Below the pieces are notes generated by a model. The model saw only the letters and a program-made list of their open reading frames with translations, ran no database searches and had not been told where the DNA came from. From the NCBI GenBank assembly GCA_963708075.1, contig OY970194.1, positions 96,001-160,000 on the forward strand: a stretch of DNA of 64,000 bases, read 5' to 3'. Shown one piece after another: positions 40,298 to 49,976 of the stretch (positions are counted from its first letter, which is position 1; every line of letters begins with the position of its first letter). This DNA comes from Sedimentisphaerales bacterium. GTDB lineage: Bacteria > Planctomycetota > Phycisphaerae > Sedimentisphaerales > Anaerobacaceae. Position numbers and translations under genes: made by a program.

Positions 40298-41674
40298 ATG
40301 AGTGAGTCCATGCAGAAAAGCACGTCGCGTCGCGATTTCCTGAAGAATACGGGCCGGCTGGCCGCCGTCTCGGCTCTGGCTGCCGGGATGGTCCCTCGCA
40401 TGTACGCGGCCGAGAACAACACGATCAAGGTGGTCCTGATCGGTTGCGGCGGGCGGGGTACGGGGGCTGCCGACAATGCCTTGTCCGTCAAGAATGGCCC
40501 GATCAAGCTCGTCGCCCTGGCAGACGTCTTCGAGGACCGTGTCAAACGCAGCTATGAGAACCTCAAGAATCAGCATGGCGACAAGGTCGATGTGCCCGAG
40601 GACCGCAAGTTCATCGGCTTCGATGGCTACAAGAAGGCGATGGACTGCCTGAGCCCGGGCGATGTGGCGATCTGTGCGACGCCGCCGGCGTTCCGCTGGG
40701 TGCACTTCTCCTACGCCATCCAGAAGGGCCTCAACATGTTCATGGAAAAGCCCGTGACGGTGGACGGTCCCACGACTCGCAGGATGCTCCAACTGGCAGA
40801 GGAGGCCGATAAGAAGAACCTCAAGGTCGGCGTCGGCCTGATGGTTCGCCACTGCCGCGGCCGCCAGGAGCTTCTCGAACGCATCAAGGGCGGCGAGATC
40901 GGCGAGATCATTCTGCTTCGCGGCTATCGCATGAGCGGCCGGTCCGCCACGGCGACCCGCAAGCCGAACAACTTGAGCGAGCTGATGTGGCAGATCCGCA
41001 GTTTCCATAGCTGGATCTGGGCCAGCGGCGGCGTCTTCAGCGACTACTACATTCACCAGATCGACGAGTGCTCTTGGATGAAAGGCGCCTGGCCGGTCGA
41101 AGCCCATGCCATCGGCGGCCGCCACTATCGCGAGGACTATGTCGATCAGAACTTCGACCTGTATGACGTCGAATACACTTTCCCGGACGGTACGAAGCTC
41201 TTCTACCAGGGCCGCAATATGCAAGGCTGCCAGAATGCCTTCTGCAGCTATGCCCACGGCACGAAAGGGTCGGCCGTCATCTCTACCTCCGGCCATACGC
41301 CGGGCAAGGTCCGCACCTACAACTGCCACCTGATGGAAGGGGCGGAGCCCATCTGGAGATACCCCCAGCCGGAAGAGAGCCCGTATCAGCTCGAGTGGGA
41401 TGACCTCATCGACGCGATTCGCAACAATAAGCCATATAATGAGGTGAAACGCGGCGCCGAGGCGAGCCTGGTCACGTCGATGGGCCGCATGGCCGCCCAT
41501 ACCGGCCAGGTCATCAAGTACGAGCAGATCCTCAACTGCCCGCATGAATTCGCGCCGGACGCGGACAAGCTGACGATGGATTCCGCCTCACCCCTGCGGG
41601 GCGACGCCAATGGCAAGTACCCCCTCCCGCAGCCCGGCATCCTCAAGGATCGTGAGTACAAGGAGTTCGTGTGA
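40298..41674 (+). CDS. Tat-exported Gfo/Idh/MocA oxidoreductase (close paralog of 26194..27585)
   Basis: SRRDFLK, IGCGGRGTGA, MFMEKP; AGGAG RBS. Confidence 0.93.
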   Translation: MSESMQKSTSRRDFLKNTGRLAAVSALAAGMVPRMYAAENNTIKVVLIGCGGRGTGAADNALSVKNGPIKLVALADVFEDRVKRSYENLKNQHGDKVDVPEDRKFIGFDGYKKAMDCLSPGDVAICATPPAFRWVHFSYAIQKGLNMFMEKPVTVDGPTTRRMLQLAEEADKKNLKVGVGLMVRHCRGRQELLERIKGGEIGEIILLRGYRMSGRSATATRKPNNLSELMWQIRSFHSWIWASGGVFSDYYIHQIDECSWMKGAWPVEAHAIGGRHYREDYVDQNFDLYDVEYTFPDGTKLFYQGRNMQGCQNAFCSYAHGTKGSAVISTSGHTPGKVRTYNCHLMEGAEPIWRYPQPEESPYQLEWDDLIDAIRNNKPYNEVKRGAEASLVTSMGRMAAHTGQVIKYEQILNCPHEFAPDADKLTMDSASPLRGDANGKYPLPQPGILKDREYKEFV

Positions 41675-41732
41675 GACGAAGCTGACGCGTGATCGGTATT
41701 CAGTCCACTGTTCCCAGATAGAATCTTTGTAC

Positions 41733-41821
41733 GGGTGGCAGCGTCAAGGCCGCAGGCCTTGGCGATGGTTGTCTGGAATCCGAGGAAGGCCATCGCCAAG
41801 CTGCGCTTGACGCTGCCACCC
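41733..41821. repeat. Cruciform palindromic element (GGGTGGCAGC family), copy 2
   Basis: 16-bp perfect inverted repeat GGGTGGCAGCGTCAAG/CTTGACGCTGCCACCC; inner stem CTTGGCGATGG/CCATCGCCAAG. Confidence 0.9.
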
Positions 41822-41858
41822 TTGTACGTTGCACCGATCCTGTCATTGTTGTTCCTCC

Positions 41859-41887
41859 TTGACATTCCCCCGTGACCGCCATAGATT
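41859..41887 (+). promoter_or_regulatory. Sigma70-like promoter
   Basis: TTGACA-17 bp-TAGATT upstream of 42000. Confidence 0.6.
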
Positions 41888-41999
41888 GCCGCGAGATGAT
41901 TGGGAGCAGCGGTACGCAGAAGCGTCTGCGCGACGACTCCGAGACAGATAGATATCGAGCCGATTCAGTCGGCTTTGGGATAGTGGACAAGAATCTCTT

Positions 42000-44279
42000 A
42001 TGAACGATGGACCTTCTGTGGCCGCTCCCCTCAAGTCGCGTAGCGGAGCATTGCCGATACTGCCGCTGCATTGTCTGGCATTGTTCCTGGGCTCCTTCCT
42101 GCTCTTCGCGATCCAGCCGATGTTCACGAAGATGATCCTGCCGCTGCTGGGTGGCACGCCGGCGGTCTGGAATACGGCGGTGATGTTCTTCCAGGCGGTG
42201 CTGCTATGCGGCTACCTGTATGCCCATCTTCTGTCGCGGCTGCCCACCGTGCGATGGCAGGTCCTGGTCCATGCGTCGGTGCTGGCTATCGGTCTTCTAT
42301 TCTTGCCTGTTCACCTCGCATGGAGCGATGCATCCTCCAGCGGAGCACATCCCGTGGCCTGGCTGATTGCCTTGCTGACGCTCTCCATCGGTCTGCCGTT
42401 CTTTGCGGTTTCCGCCACGGCTCCTCTGCTCCAGCGGTGGTTCTCCCGGTCAGGACACGTCCACGCTTCTGATCCGTACTTCCTGTACGTGTCCAGCAAT
42501 GTCGGCGGTCTGGCGGCGCTCTTGGCGTACCCGGTCGTGATGGAGCCGTTGCTTGGTCTGTCGGTGCAGAGCCAGGCATGGATGGCGGGCTATGCCCTGT
42601 TGGCACTCACCATCGTCCTGTGTGCGATCAGTCTACGGGCGCTGCGTGCGTCTGAATCCGCCCTCGTTGCGACCCCTGCGCCGGATTCCGGCGGAGTTGC
42701 CTCGGCTCTTTCGGACAAGATTGCCTGGGAGACCCGGGCACACTGGCTCGCGCTGTCGTTTGTCCCTTCCGCATTGCTGCTGGCGGTGACGCTGCATATC
42801 AGCACGGACGTGGCCTCCGTGCCGTTTCTCTGGATCGTGCCGCTGTCGCTGTACATGCTGAGTTTCATCATCGTATTCGCCCGCAGGCCCATCCTGAGAC
42901 ACAAATGGATGCTGTTTTTCCAGATTCCGGTTTACGCCCTGGCGGCCATGTACTTCACGAAGCTGGAGCTGCTGCCGATGTTCGCCCTGGACCTGGGAGT
43001 ATTGTTTGTGACGGCCATGGTCTGCCACGGCGAGTTGGTCCGCCTGCGGCCTGCTGCCAGGCATCTGACGGAGTTCTACCTGTGGATGTCCGTGGGCGGG
43101 CTGCTGGGCGGCGTCTTCTGCGTGCTGATCGCCCCGTTGATGTTCGATACCGTGCTCGAGTACCCGTTGATCCTTGTCGTCGCGTGCCTGGTGCGGCCGG
43201 GGTCCACCGGCGGCGGATGGCTGCGATCTGTGCTCGACGGGGTACTGCCCGCTGCGGTCGCATTGCTCTACGCGTTTATGGATGGCGTCAAGGGCTGGGG
43301 ACCCTTCAGGCACCTTGGAGTTGCAGTCCCCGTGCTCGTGTACATTGCCGTAGCCGGGGCGTTCTACGCCTTCCATCGTCGTCCGCTTCGCCTGACACTG
43401 GCCTTTAGTGTGATTCTCTTCGGCGGGATTCTCGCCGCCGATGACAATGATGGCGACAATCTGCTCTTCCGCCAGCGCAGTTTCTTCGGCGTGTACGCAG
43501 TCCATGACGATCCGGGGGGGAGGGTGCACTCCCTCTATCACGGCAACATCGTCCACGGCGATCAGCACATGGGTGAGGCCGCCGACCGGATACCCACGAG
43601 CTACTACGGCCGGGAGGGGCCGCTGGGGCAGGTGTTCGAAGCGATGCGAGCGGTCCGGCCGGTGAAGCATGTCGCCTGCATGGGCCTCGGAACCGGCACG
43701 ACCGCGTGCTACCACGAGTTGGGACAGACGATGACCTTCTTCGAGGTGGATCCCGCCATGGAGCGGATTGCCCGCGATCCAAGGCTGTTCCGCTATCTCG
43801 AGCTGGCCCCGCCGGGGTTGGACGTTGTCCTCGGCGACGGCCGCCAGAGCATCAGCAGGGTGCCGGACGGGACGTTCGATCTCATCGTGCTCGACGCGTT
43901 CAGCTCCGACGCGATCCCGGTGCACCTGATGACCTGCGAGGCTCTGGCCATCTACATGCGCAAGCTTGCCCCCGGCGGCATCGTGATGTTCCACATCTCC
44001 AACCGGTACGTGGATCTTGAGCCGGTCCTGGCGAACCTGACGGCCGACGCAGGACTGGCCGCCCTGGTGGAGGACTATGAGCCCGACGACGAGTCCGGAG
44101 AACATAACTGGCGATCCACGTGGGCCGCCGTCGCCCGGGACAGCAGGGATCTCGGGATGCTCGACGAGGAGGATGGCTGGCGTGCGCTGGAGCCGGACTC
44201 GGCTGTCGGCCTCTGGACCGACGATTACTCCAACATCTTCCGCACGCTCATCTGGGACGAGTTGCTCCCGTGGCGATGA
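42000..44279 (+). CDS. Fused membrane (MFS-like) / spermidine synthase-like methyltransferase
   Basis: LGGTPAVWNT, multiple TM helices, RSFFG, GLGTGT, FEVDP, GDGR, DAFSSDAIPVHL, WTDDYSN. Confidence 0.9.
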   Translation: MNDGPSVAAPLKSRSGALPILPLHCLALFLGSFLLFAIQPMFTKMILPLLGGTPAVWNTAVMFFQAVLLCGYLYAHLLSRLPTVRWQVLVHASVLAIGLLFLPVHLAWSDASSSGAHPVAWLIALLTLSIGLPFFAVSATAPLLQRWFSRSGHVHASDPYFLYVSSNVGGLAALLAYPVVMEPLLGLSVQSQAWMAGYALLALTIVLCAISLRALRASESALVATPAPDSGGVASALSDKIAWETRAHWLALSFVPSALLLAVTLHISTDVASVPFLWIVPLSLYMLSFIIVFARRPILRHKWMLFFQIPVYALAAMYFTKLELLPMFALDLGVLFVTAMVCHGELVRLRPAARHLTEFYLWMSVGGLLGGVFCVLIAPLMFDTVLEYPLILVVACLVRPGSTGGGWLRSVLDGVLPAAVALLYAFMDGVKGWGPFRHLGVAVPVLVYIAVAGAFYAFHRRPLRLTLAFSVILFGGILAADDNDGDNLLFRQRSFFGVYAVHDDPGGRVHSLYHGNIVHGDQHMGEAADRIPTSYYGREGPLGQVFEAMRAVRPVKHVACMGLGTGTTACYHELGQTMTFFEVDPAMERIARDPRLFRYLELAPPGLDVVLGDGRQSISRVPDGTFDLIVLDAFSSDAIPVHLMTCEALAIYMRKLAPGGIVMFHISNRYVDLEPVLANLTADAGLAALVEDYEPDDESGEHNWRSTWAAVARDSRDLGMLDEEDGWRALEPDSAVGLWTDDYSNIFRTLIWDELLPWR

Positions 44280-44339
44280 AGCATTGATGGCCTGTCCGGC
44301 CAACGCGGAAAAATCTTTTTGAGAACCGGGATTTTTTTC

Positions 44340-44369
44340 TTGTGAGTCTCTACTGGAGTAGATTATAAT
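44340..44369 (+). promoter_or_regulatory. Promoter with BlaI/CopY-type operator palindrome
   Basis: TTGTGA-18 bp-TATAAT; TCTAC-TGGA-GTAGA (44349-44362) in the spacer resembles the TACA-NN-TGTA box. Confidence 0.65.
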
Positions 44370-44397
44370 TTACCACGATAGATATTGTGAGGGATGT

Positions 44398-44793
44398 ATG
44401 GCCAAGATAAACGTGGAATTGTTCGACAGCGAATGGGCGATCCTGCAGGCGGTCTGGGAGCGCGAGCCGTGCGCCGCCCCGACCGTTCAGGAAGCGCTGC
44501 AAGAGGAGAAGGGCTGGGCGTACACGACCGTCAAGACCCTGATGGACCGCATGGTCAAGAAGGGCCTGCTCCAGACCGAGCGGATTCGCAACCTCTACCT
44601 GTACCGGGCCGCGATCACGCGGGCCCAGGCCCAGAGATGCGAGATCATGAAGACGGTCAAGCGGGCGTTCGACGGGGCGCTGACCCCGATGATGCAGTTC
44701 CTGATTGAGAACGAGAAGCTCTCTGATGACGAATACCGGCAGTTGGAGCACCTGATCAGGAACAGGAAACGCGAGAAGAAGACGGACCGCTAA
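44398..44793 (+). CDS. BlaI/MecI/CopY family repressor
   Basis: SEWAILQAVW, WAYTTVKTLMDRMVKKG, FDGALTPMMQFL. Confidence 0.93.
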   Translation: MAKINVELFDSEWAILQAVWEREPCAAPTVQEALQEEKGWAYTTVKTLMDRMVKKGLLQTERIRNLYLYRAAITRAQAQRCEIMKTVKRAFDGALTPMMQFLIENEKLSDDEYRQLEHLIRNRKREKKTDR

Positions 44794-44845
44794 TCCTTAT
44801 GGGAGGCGCCGTCGCGGAGCCTCCGACAATTAGGGAGGGAGTAGC

Positions 44846-46786
44846 ATGAATGAGTTCATCAGTCTGTTGAATTCGGCAGGTGCGGCATTCGTCGGATTCG
44901 CCGGCCGCATGCTGGTCCAATCGAGCCTGCTGATTGTCGCCGTGGCTATCCTTGACCTGGTCCTGCGCAAGAGGGTCAAAGCCGTCGTCCGCTACTGGAT
45001 CTGGCTGCTGGTCCTTGCCAAGCTGCTTCTGCCGCCGTCGCTTTCGTCCCCAACGGGACTCGCCTACTGGATCGGCGACAAGCTGCCGAGCCTGTCCAGG
45101 CAGGTGGAACTCGCGGATTCACTCAGCCAGGACGTGGAAAGGGCTTCGGCCCACGCGGATGATTTCGACGTACGCCAACGAGAACAGCATGGGCTGAAGC
45201 CCATCCTGCATCAGCCTCAAGCTCGTGATTTTGGCCTGCTTGCGGCTCCCGCGGAAACCACCGAAATCACTGCCGAGACCGGCCATTCCCCGGCTGTCGC
45301 TGTTGAGGTTACTTCAATGCCTGCGATCGCGTGGCAGGCGGCTCTTCTGCTTGCATGGGCGGTTGTGGTCCTTGTGATGGTGGTCCTGTTGATCCAGCGG
45401 GCCTTGTTTGTCCGTAGCCTGGTCGCGCAGTCCGAGGTCGCCCCGGAGACACTGATCGAGCTTTTGAAACAGTGCCGCCGGCGGATGGCCGTTACACAGG
45501 AGTTGGAGCTGCGCTCGAGCTCGCTGTCCATGAGTCCATCCGTGTGCGGCCTATGGCGGCCCACGATCCTTGTCCCCCGGTCTATGCTCGCCCAACTGGA
45601 TGCGACCCAACTGAAATCCGTCCTGCTGCACGAGCTGGCTCACGTCAAGCGGGGCGACCTCTGGGTCAACCTCGTCCAGGCCCTGCTGCAGATTGTGTAC
45701 TTCTTCCACCCTCTGTTGTGGCTGGCGAACATGATCACCCGGCGGGTAAGAGAACAGGCGGTGGACGAGACGGTCCTGGCCGCCATGGGCGAGGAGGCGG
45801 AGGAATACCCGAAAACCTTGCTGAGCGTCTCGAAACTGGCTTTCGGCCGGCCCTCGCTGAGCCTGCGCCTGCTCGGCGTCGTCGAGTCGAAAAAAGCCCT
45901 GACCGCCCGCATCAAACTCATTGTCAGCCGCCCGTTCCCCAAAAGTACAAAGCTCGGATTCGCCGGTCTGATCCTGATCCTCGCCACTGCTGCATTCCTA
46001 TTGCCTATGGCAAAGGCAGAGCCGCAAGAGAAGAAAAACGGCGACACTCCGGAAACGGCCCAGACTGCGGATGTCGCTGAGCTGAGTGCCACCGTGGACA
46101 GCAAATCCCTTGAGGCGAGTCCGGGCGACGAGTCGGCCGATGCGGCGAGGACGATCGAGGGCATCGTTACGGACCCGCTGGGTCGGCCTCGGGGGAACGT
46201 CTATTTTGCCCCTTCCGGAGCGAGTCTGTGGGAAGGGGTCCGCAGCGACGTGCAGGGGCGTTTCGTCCTTAAGGACGTGCAGCCGGGGCAGACGGTGTGG
46301 GCCGCGTGGTCGCAGCCGATGAACGCGATGTCGCTCTTCACGATACCCCAAGGCCGCATCGACAAGCCGATCCACGTGGGGCTCGTCTATACCGAGGCGA
46401 ACATAGAAGGACGGGTCGTCGGCAGCAACGGCGACGGATTAGCCGGCCGCAAGGTGGAATTCGTCGTCAAGGCCGGCAACAGCGCGACCTATATCTCCCG
46501 AGCGCACCGGGAGACGGACAAATTTGGGAACTACGATCACGGGCTGATTCCCTGTGGGGCCGGCCTGACCGTACAGGTGCGGCTGGCCGACGCGAGTGAG
46601 GCCGACGGGGAGTATGTCACGGAGCCGCTCGCCTTGTCCGACGGGCAAATCTTCGTGGCGATGCCGAGACTCGTCATCGGCGAAGGACAGCCGCCGGAGA
46701 CGGACGACGGCAAAATGCTGTTCAAAGGAAAGGTCGTCGATGCGCATCGTGAGGCGATCTGCGGCGCGAGTGCGCCTGACCTTTGA
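44846..46786 (+). CDS. M56 (BlaR1-like) membrane metallopeptidase, N-terminal part; frameshift near 46765 joins it to the next segment
   Basis: VRYWIWLLVLAKLLLP, HELAHVKRGD, FFHPLLW, REQAVDE. Confidence 0.9.
   Translation: MNEFISLLNSAGAAFVGFAGRMLVQSSLLIVAVAILDLVLRKRVKAVVRYWIWLLVLAKLLLPPSLSSPTGLAYWIGDKLPSLSRQVELADSLSQDVERASAHADDFDVRQREQHGLKPILHQPQARDFGLLAAPAETTEITAETGHSPAVAVEVTSMPAIAWQAALLLAWAVVVLVMVVLLIQRALFVRSLVAQSEVAPETLIELLKQCRRRMAVTQELELRSSSLSMSPSVCGLWRPTILVPRSMLAQLDATQLKSVLLHELAHVKRGDLWVNLVQALLQIVYFFHPLLWLANMITRRVREQAVDETVLAAMGEEAEEYPKTLLSVSKLAFGRPSLSLRLLGVVESKKALTARIKLIVSRPFPKSTKLGFAGLILILATAAFLLPMAKAEPQEKKNGDTPETAQTADVAELSATVDSKSLEASPGDESADAARTIEGIVTDPLGRPRGNVYFAPSGASLWEGVRSDVQGRFVLKDVQPGQTVWAAWSQPMNAMSLFTIPQGRIDKPIHVGLVYTEANIEGRVVGSNGDGLAGRKVEFVVKAGNSATYISRAHRETDKFGNYDHGLIPCGAGLTVQVRLADASEADGEYVTEPLALSDGQIFVAMPRLVIGEGQPPETDDGKMLFKGKVVDAHREAICGASAPDL
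45134..45209. repeat. Degenerate REP pair in frame inside the M56 gene
   Basis: GTGGAAAGGGCTTCGGCCCACGC ... GCATGGGCTGAAGCCCATCCTGC (inverted; each arm is a GGGCT..AGCCC-type hairpin). Confidence 0.75.
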
Positions 46787-49250
46787 TATGCCCGGCTGGA
46801 TGAGCGCGTGGGTGCGGACAACGTTGACTGATAGAGACGGCCGCTGGCAGATGCGCGTGCCGAAGGAGCATGCGAATTTGTCCATCGGTCTGGACCACCC
46901 TGATCATGTGGGTCATCATTTCGACGAATCCTCGGAGAAACCATCGAAACAGGAGCTGCTCGACGGCACGTATGTGCGGATGATGAAGTCCGGCGTGCGG
47001 ATCACGGGCGTCGTGAAGGATGGGCAAGGCAAGCCAATTGAGAATGCCCTGATTACCACCGGGCGGTTCTATAGCTGGTCCCCCTACGGCGAGGTGGACG
47101 AGGATAGCACCACGGCCAGAACGCCGGCCGACGGGACGTTCAGCATCGGGGGCCTGCCCGAGCAACAACTCGATATGGTGGTCTCGGCGACGGGCTTTGG
47201 CCCGTGGGCCATGCCGATCGAGGTTAAGAAGGATATGCCGTCTGTCGAGGTGACGCTATCGCCCGGTCGGACCTACACCGGGCGAGTGGTCGATGCGAAC
47301 GACCGCCCCGTGGAGGGTGTCAGGATTACAATGGATGAGTGGCGGGTCGGCATACGACAGCGTCATCTGACGAAGATCGTGACCACGGATGCCCAGGGAC
47401 GTTTCCGGATGAAGGACCTTCCCGTCGAAGGGACCATCGAGTGCCGGTTCGGCAAGCGCAACAGCGGCCTGATGGGATTCTCCAAGGAGATTCCGGCGGA
47501 CCTGTCGCAGACGGACGAGATCATCATGTACAAAGTGCCTGTCTTCACCGGCAAGGTCATCGACGCGGAAACGCAGAAACCCGTCGCGAAGCTCACAGTC
47601 CGCAGCGGCATTCGCGGCGGCGGTTGGGGCGACAGACCCGGCTGGAGCGACTACTACGAGCAGCAGGTCGATGCCAACGACGGGACATTCACCTATGCAT
47701 GGAATGGTTTCGGAGTCACCCATCCATTCACCGGCGAAGCCCTCCTGAAGATCGAAGCGAAGGGCTACCTCCCTGAGGTCGCTCCGCCGCTCAAGCTCGG
47801 GCAGGAATCCAAGCCGTTTGTTGTTCGTTTGACCAAAGCCAAGCCGTGGGCGGGGGTCCTGGTGACCGCCCGGGGCGAGCCGGCCGCCGACGCGGAGGTC
47901 GGGTGGGTGGGACCGGACGAGAAGGCGTTCCTCACAGATGGCCGGTTTGACATGCGGGGATTCGCGTATCAGGCCGAGCAGATTGTCAGGAGTGGCGCGG
48001 ACGGCAAGTTCGAGTTGGGCCGCACCCGCGTGGATGGGCTCATCGTGGCGGCCCATCCCGACGGATACACTGTGGTGAAATCGACCGAGTTCACGGATGG
48101 CTCGAAGGTCACGTTGACCCCGTGGGCTCGAATCGAGGGCACGGTTGCCCCCGGTAGCCGCGACGGCGAGCAGCTTACCATTGCGGTGGAGCAGGCGATA
48201 TCGTCGGAGCAGGAGAGGAACGAGTCCGTGCGATGGATGTTCGAGGCCGTGTCCATCACTGGGAATCGTTTTGCCATCGAGCACGTGCCCGCCATGCCTC
48301 TACACGTGGGTGCCATCGTTCGCTGGGAGCACTCCGACCCGGTCTACCTGAAGCCCGAGCCCGGCAAAACGTATTCCATCGAGATTGGGACCCGGGGCCG
48401 TCCCGTAACCGGCCGGATTGTTCATCCTGCTCCCGGCTCGAAAATGGAGATGTCCGATCCCCGGCGGCTGCATGCCGTGGCATACCGGATCGATCCGGAG
48501 CCACCGATGCCGGCCGAGATCAGGAACATGATACGGGCATCCTTCCAGTGGCTGTGGCGCGACGCGGATACTGCGTACGACAGGTCAAAGACCTTCCGGA
48601 AGAGGTCTGTTCCCGAGATCACGGACGATGGTGAGTTCACGTTCGCATCCCTCGCCCCCGGCACGTACGAGTTTGTGATCAACTATCATGTTCCGCTTGG
48701 CGAGAACGTCACCTGTGGCCGGGGGGTGCTTGAGGCCGTTGCCGTCAACCAGTTCACAGTTCCTGATAAAGAGACCTCGACGATCCGTGTGCCGGATATC
48801 CGTCTGCGGCTGCTGACCTATCCCAAAGTTGGTGAACCGGCTCCACTCTTTGAGGCGAAGACGTTCGACGGTGGGACGGTCAAGCTGGCGGACCTGCGAG
48901 GCAAGGTCGTGCTGCTGGACTTCTGGGCCACGTGGTGCAAGCCCTGCGTCGCCCAACTGCCACAGGTGCAACAGATTCATGAGGCATTCGGCGCCGACAG
49001 CAGGTTCGCCATGATCGGCATGTCGCTCGACTGGGATATCGAGAAGGCCGGGAACTTTCCGGCCCAGAGGCAGTTAAAATGGCCGCAGGTCAGCCTTGGC
49101 GATATGGACACGTCGGCAATCGTGAAGCAATACGGCGTCGGGAGTATTCCGACAATGGTTCTGATCGACTCTGATGGCAAAATCATCGCCATGGGCGTTG
49201 CGATAGAGCAGTTAAGAGAGCAGATCCACGTCGCTCTCACCGCCCGCTGA
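46766..49250 (+). CDS. C-terminal part of the M56 protein: carboxypeptidase-regulatory-like (prealbumin-fold) repeats plus TlpA-like thioredoxin
   Basis: Repeated G.V.D..G.PI/V.A...TD..G.F units; KVVLLDFWATWCKPC, YGVGSIPT. Confidence 0.85.
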
Positions 49251-49265
49251 GCCGCCGGGGTATCC

Positions 49266-49832
49266 GTGCGTATCATGAAGCCTGAAGATCGTCCATGTTG
49301 GTTCTCACCCACTGATGCTGTCGGTCCGGAAAGCACGGAAGGACTGATCCTGACCGTGCAGGAGCGGCTTTACCCGTTCGTGTCCAACGCGGTCCGCGAT
49401 CACCACGCGGCCGAGGACGTTTTGCAGGATGTCCTCGTTATCCTCATTGAGCAGATGCATTTGCTGCGCCGTCATGACTGCTTCTGGCCCTGGGTCTACC
49501 GCATCGCCTGGAGCAAGGTGCAGGACCATTTCCGGGAGCACAGGCGTGCCGGCCGAATCGCCTCGCCCGGCGGATATGAGCCCGCCTGTCCGGAAGCCGG
49601 CGCCGGCGATCTGCTGGACGCGATGGTCCGCCGGGAGGCCGTCGAGCAGCTTGCCATCGCTTTTGACCGGCTGAATCACCGCTGCCGGGTCGTCCTGTAC
49701 CTTCGCTTCCACGAGCAGATGCCCTATAGCGAGATCGCTTCGGTGATGCACTCGACGCCCGGCCAGGTCCGCGTCCAGTTCCACCGGGCCAAGAGGCTCC
49801 TGCGCGATTCCCTCCTCTCTTCCTGCGCCTGA
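49266..49832 (+). CDS. ECF RNA polymerase sigma factor
   Basis: AAEDVLQD, WVYRIA, LRFHEQMPYSEIA..M..TPGQVRVQFHRAK; start uncertain. Confidence 0.9.
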   Translation: MRIMKPEDRPCWFSPTDAVGPESTEGLILTVQERLYPFVSNAVRDHHAAEDVLQDVLVILIEQMHLLRRHDCFWPWVYRIAWSKVQDHFREHRRAGRIASPGGYEPACPEAGAGDLLDAMVRREAVEQLAIAFDRLNHRCRVVLYLRFHEQMPYSEIASVMHSTPGQVRVQFHRAKRLLRDSLLSSCA

Positions 49833-49976
49833 AAGCAGGAACGACACAAAACAGGTTTCCGTGCGCAACGTATAGGCATTGCATTGGGGTCCGGTACCGT
49901 GTAAGAATAGGTCCATGGAATGGCCGAGGGTTGTACTTTGGACCGTCATTGAGCCTGTTTTGAGCAGGAGTCTATA

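Noticed and set aside
44398..46786. Beta-lactam resistance regulon
   Set aside because: No penicillin-binding sensor domain or adjacent beta-lactamase; the MBL-fold genes are distant and not class B-like
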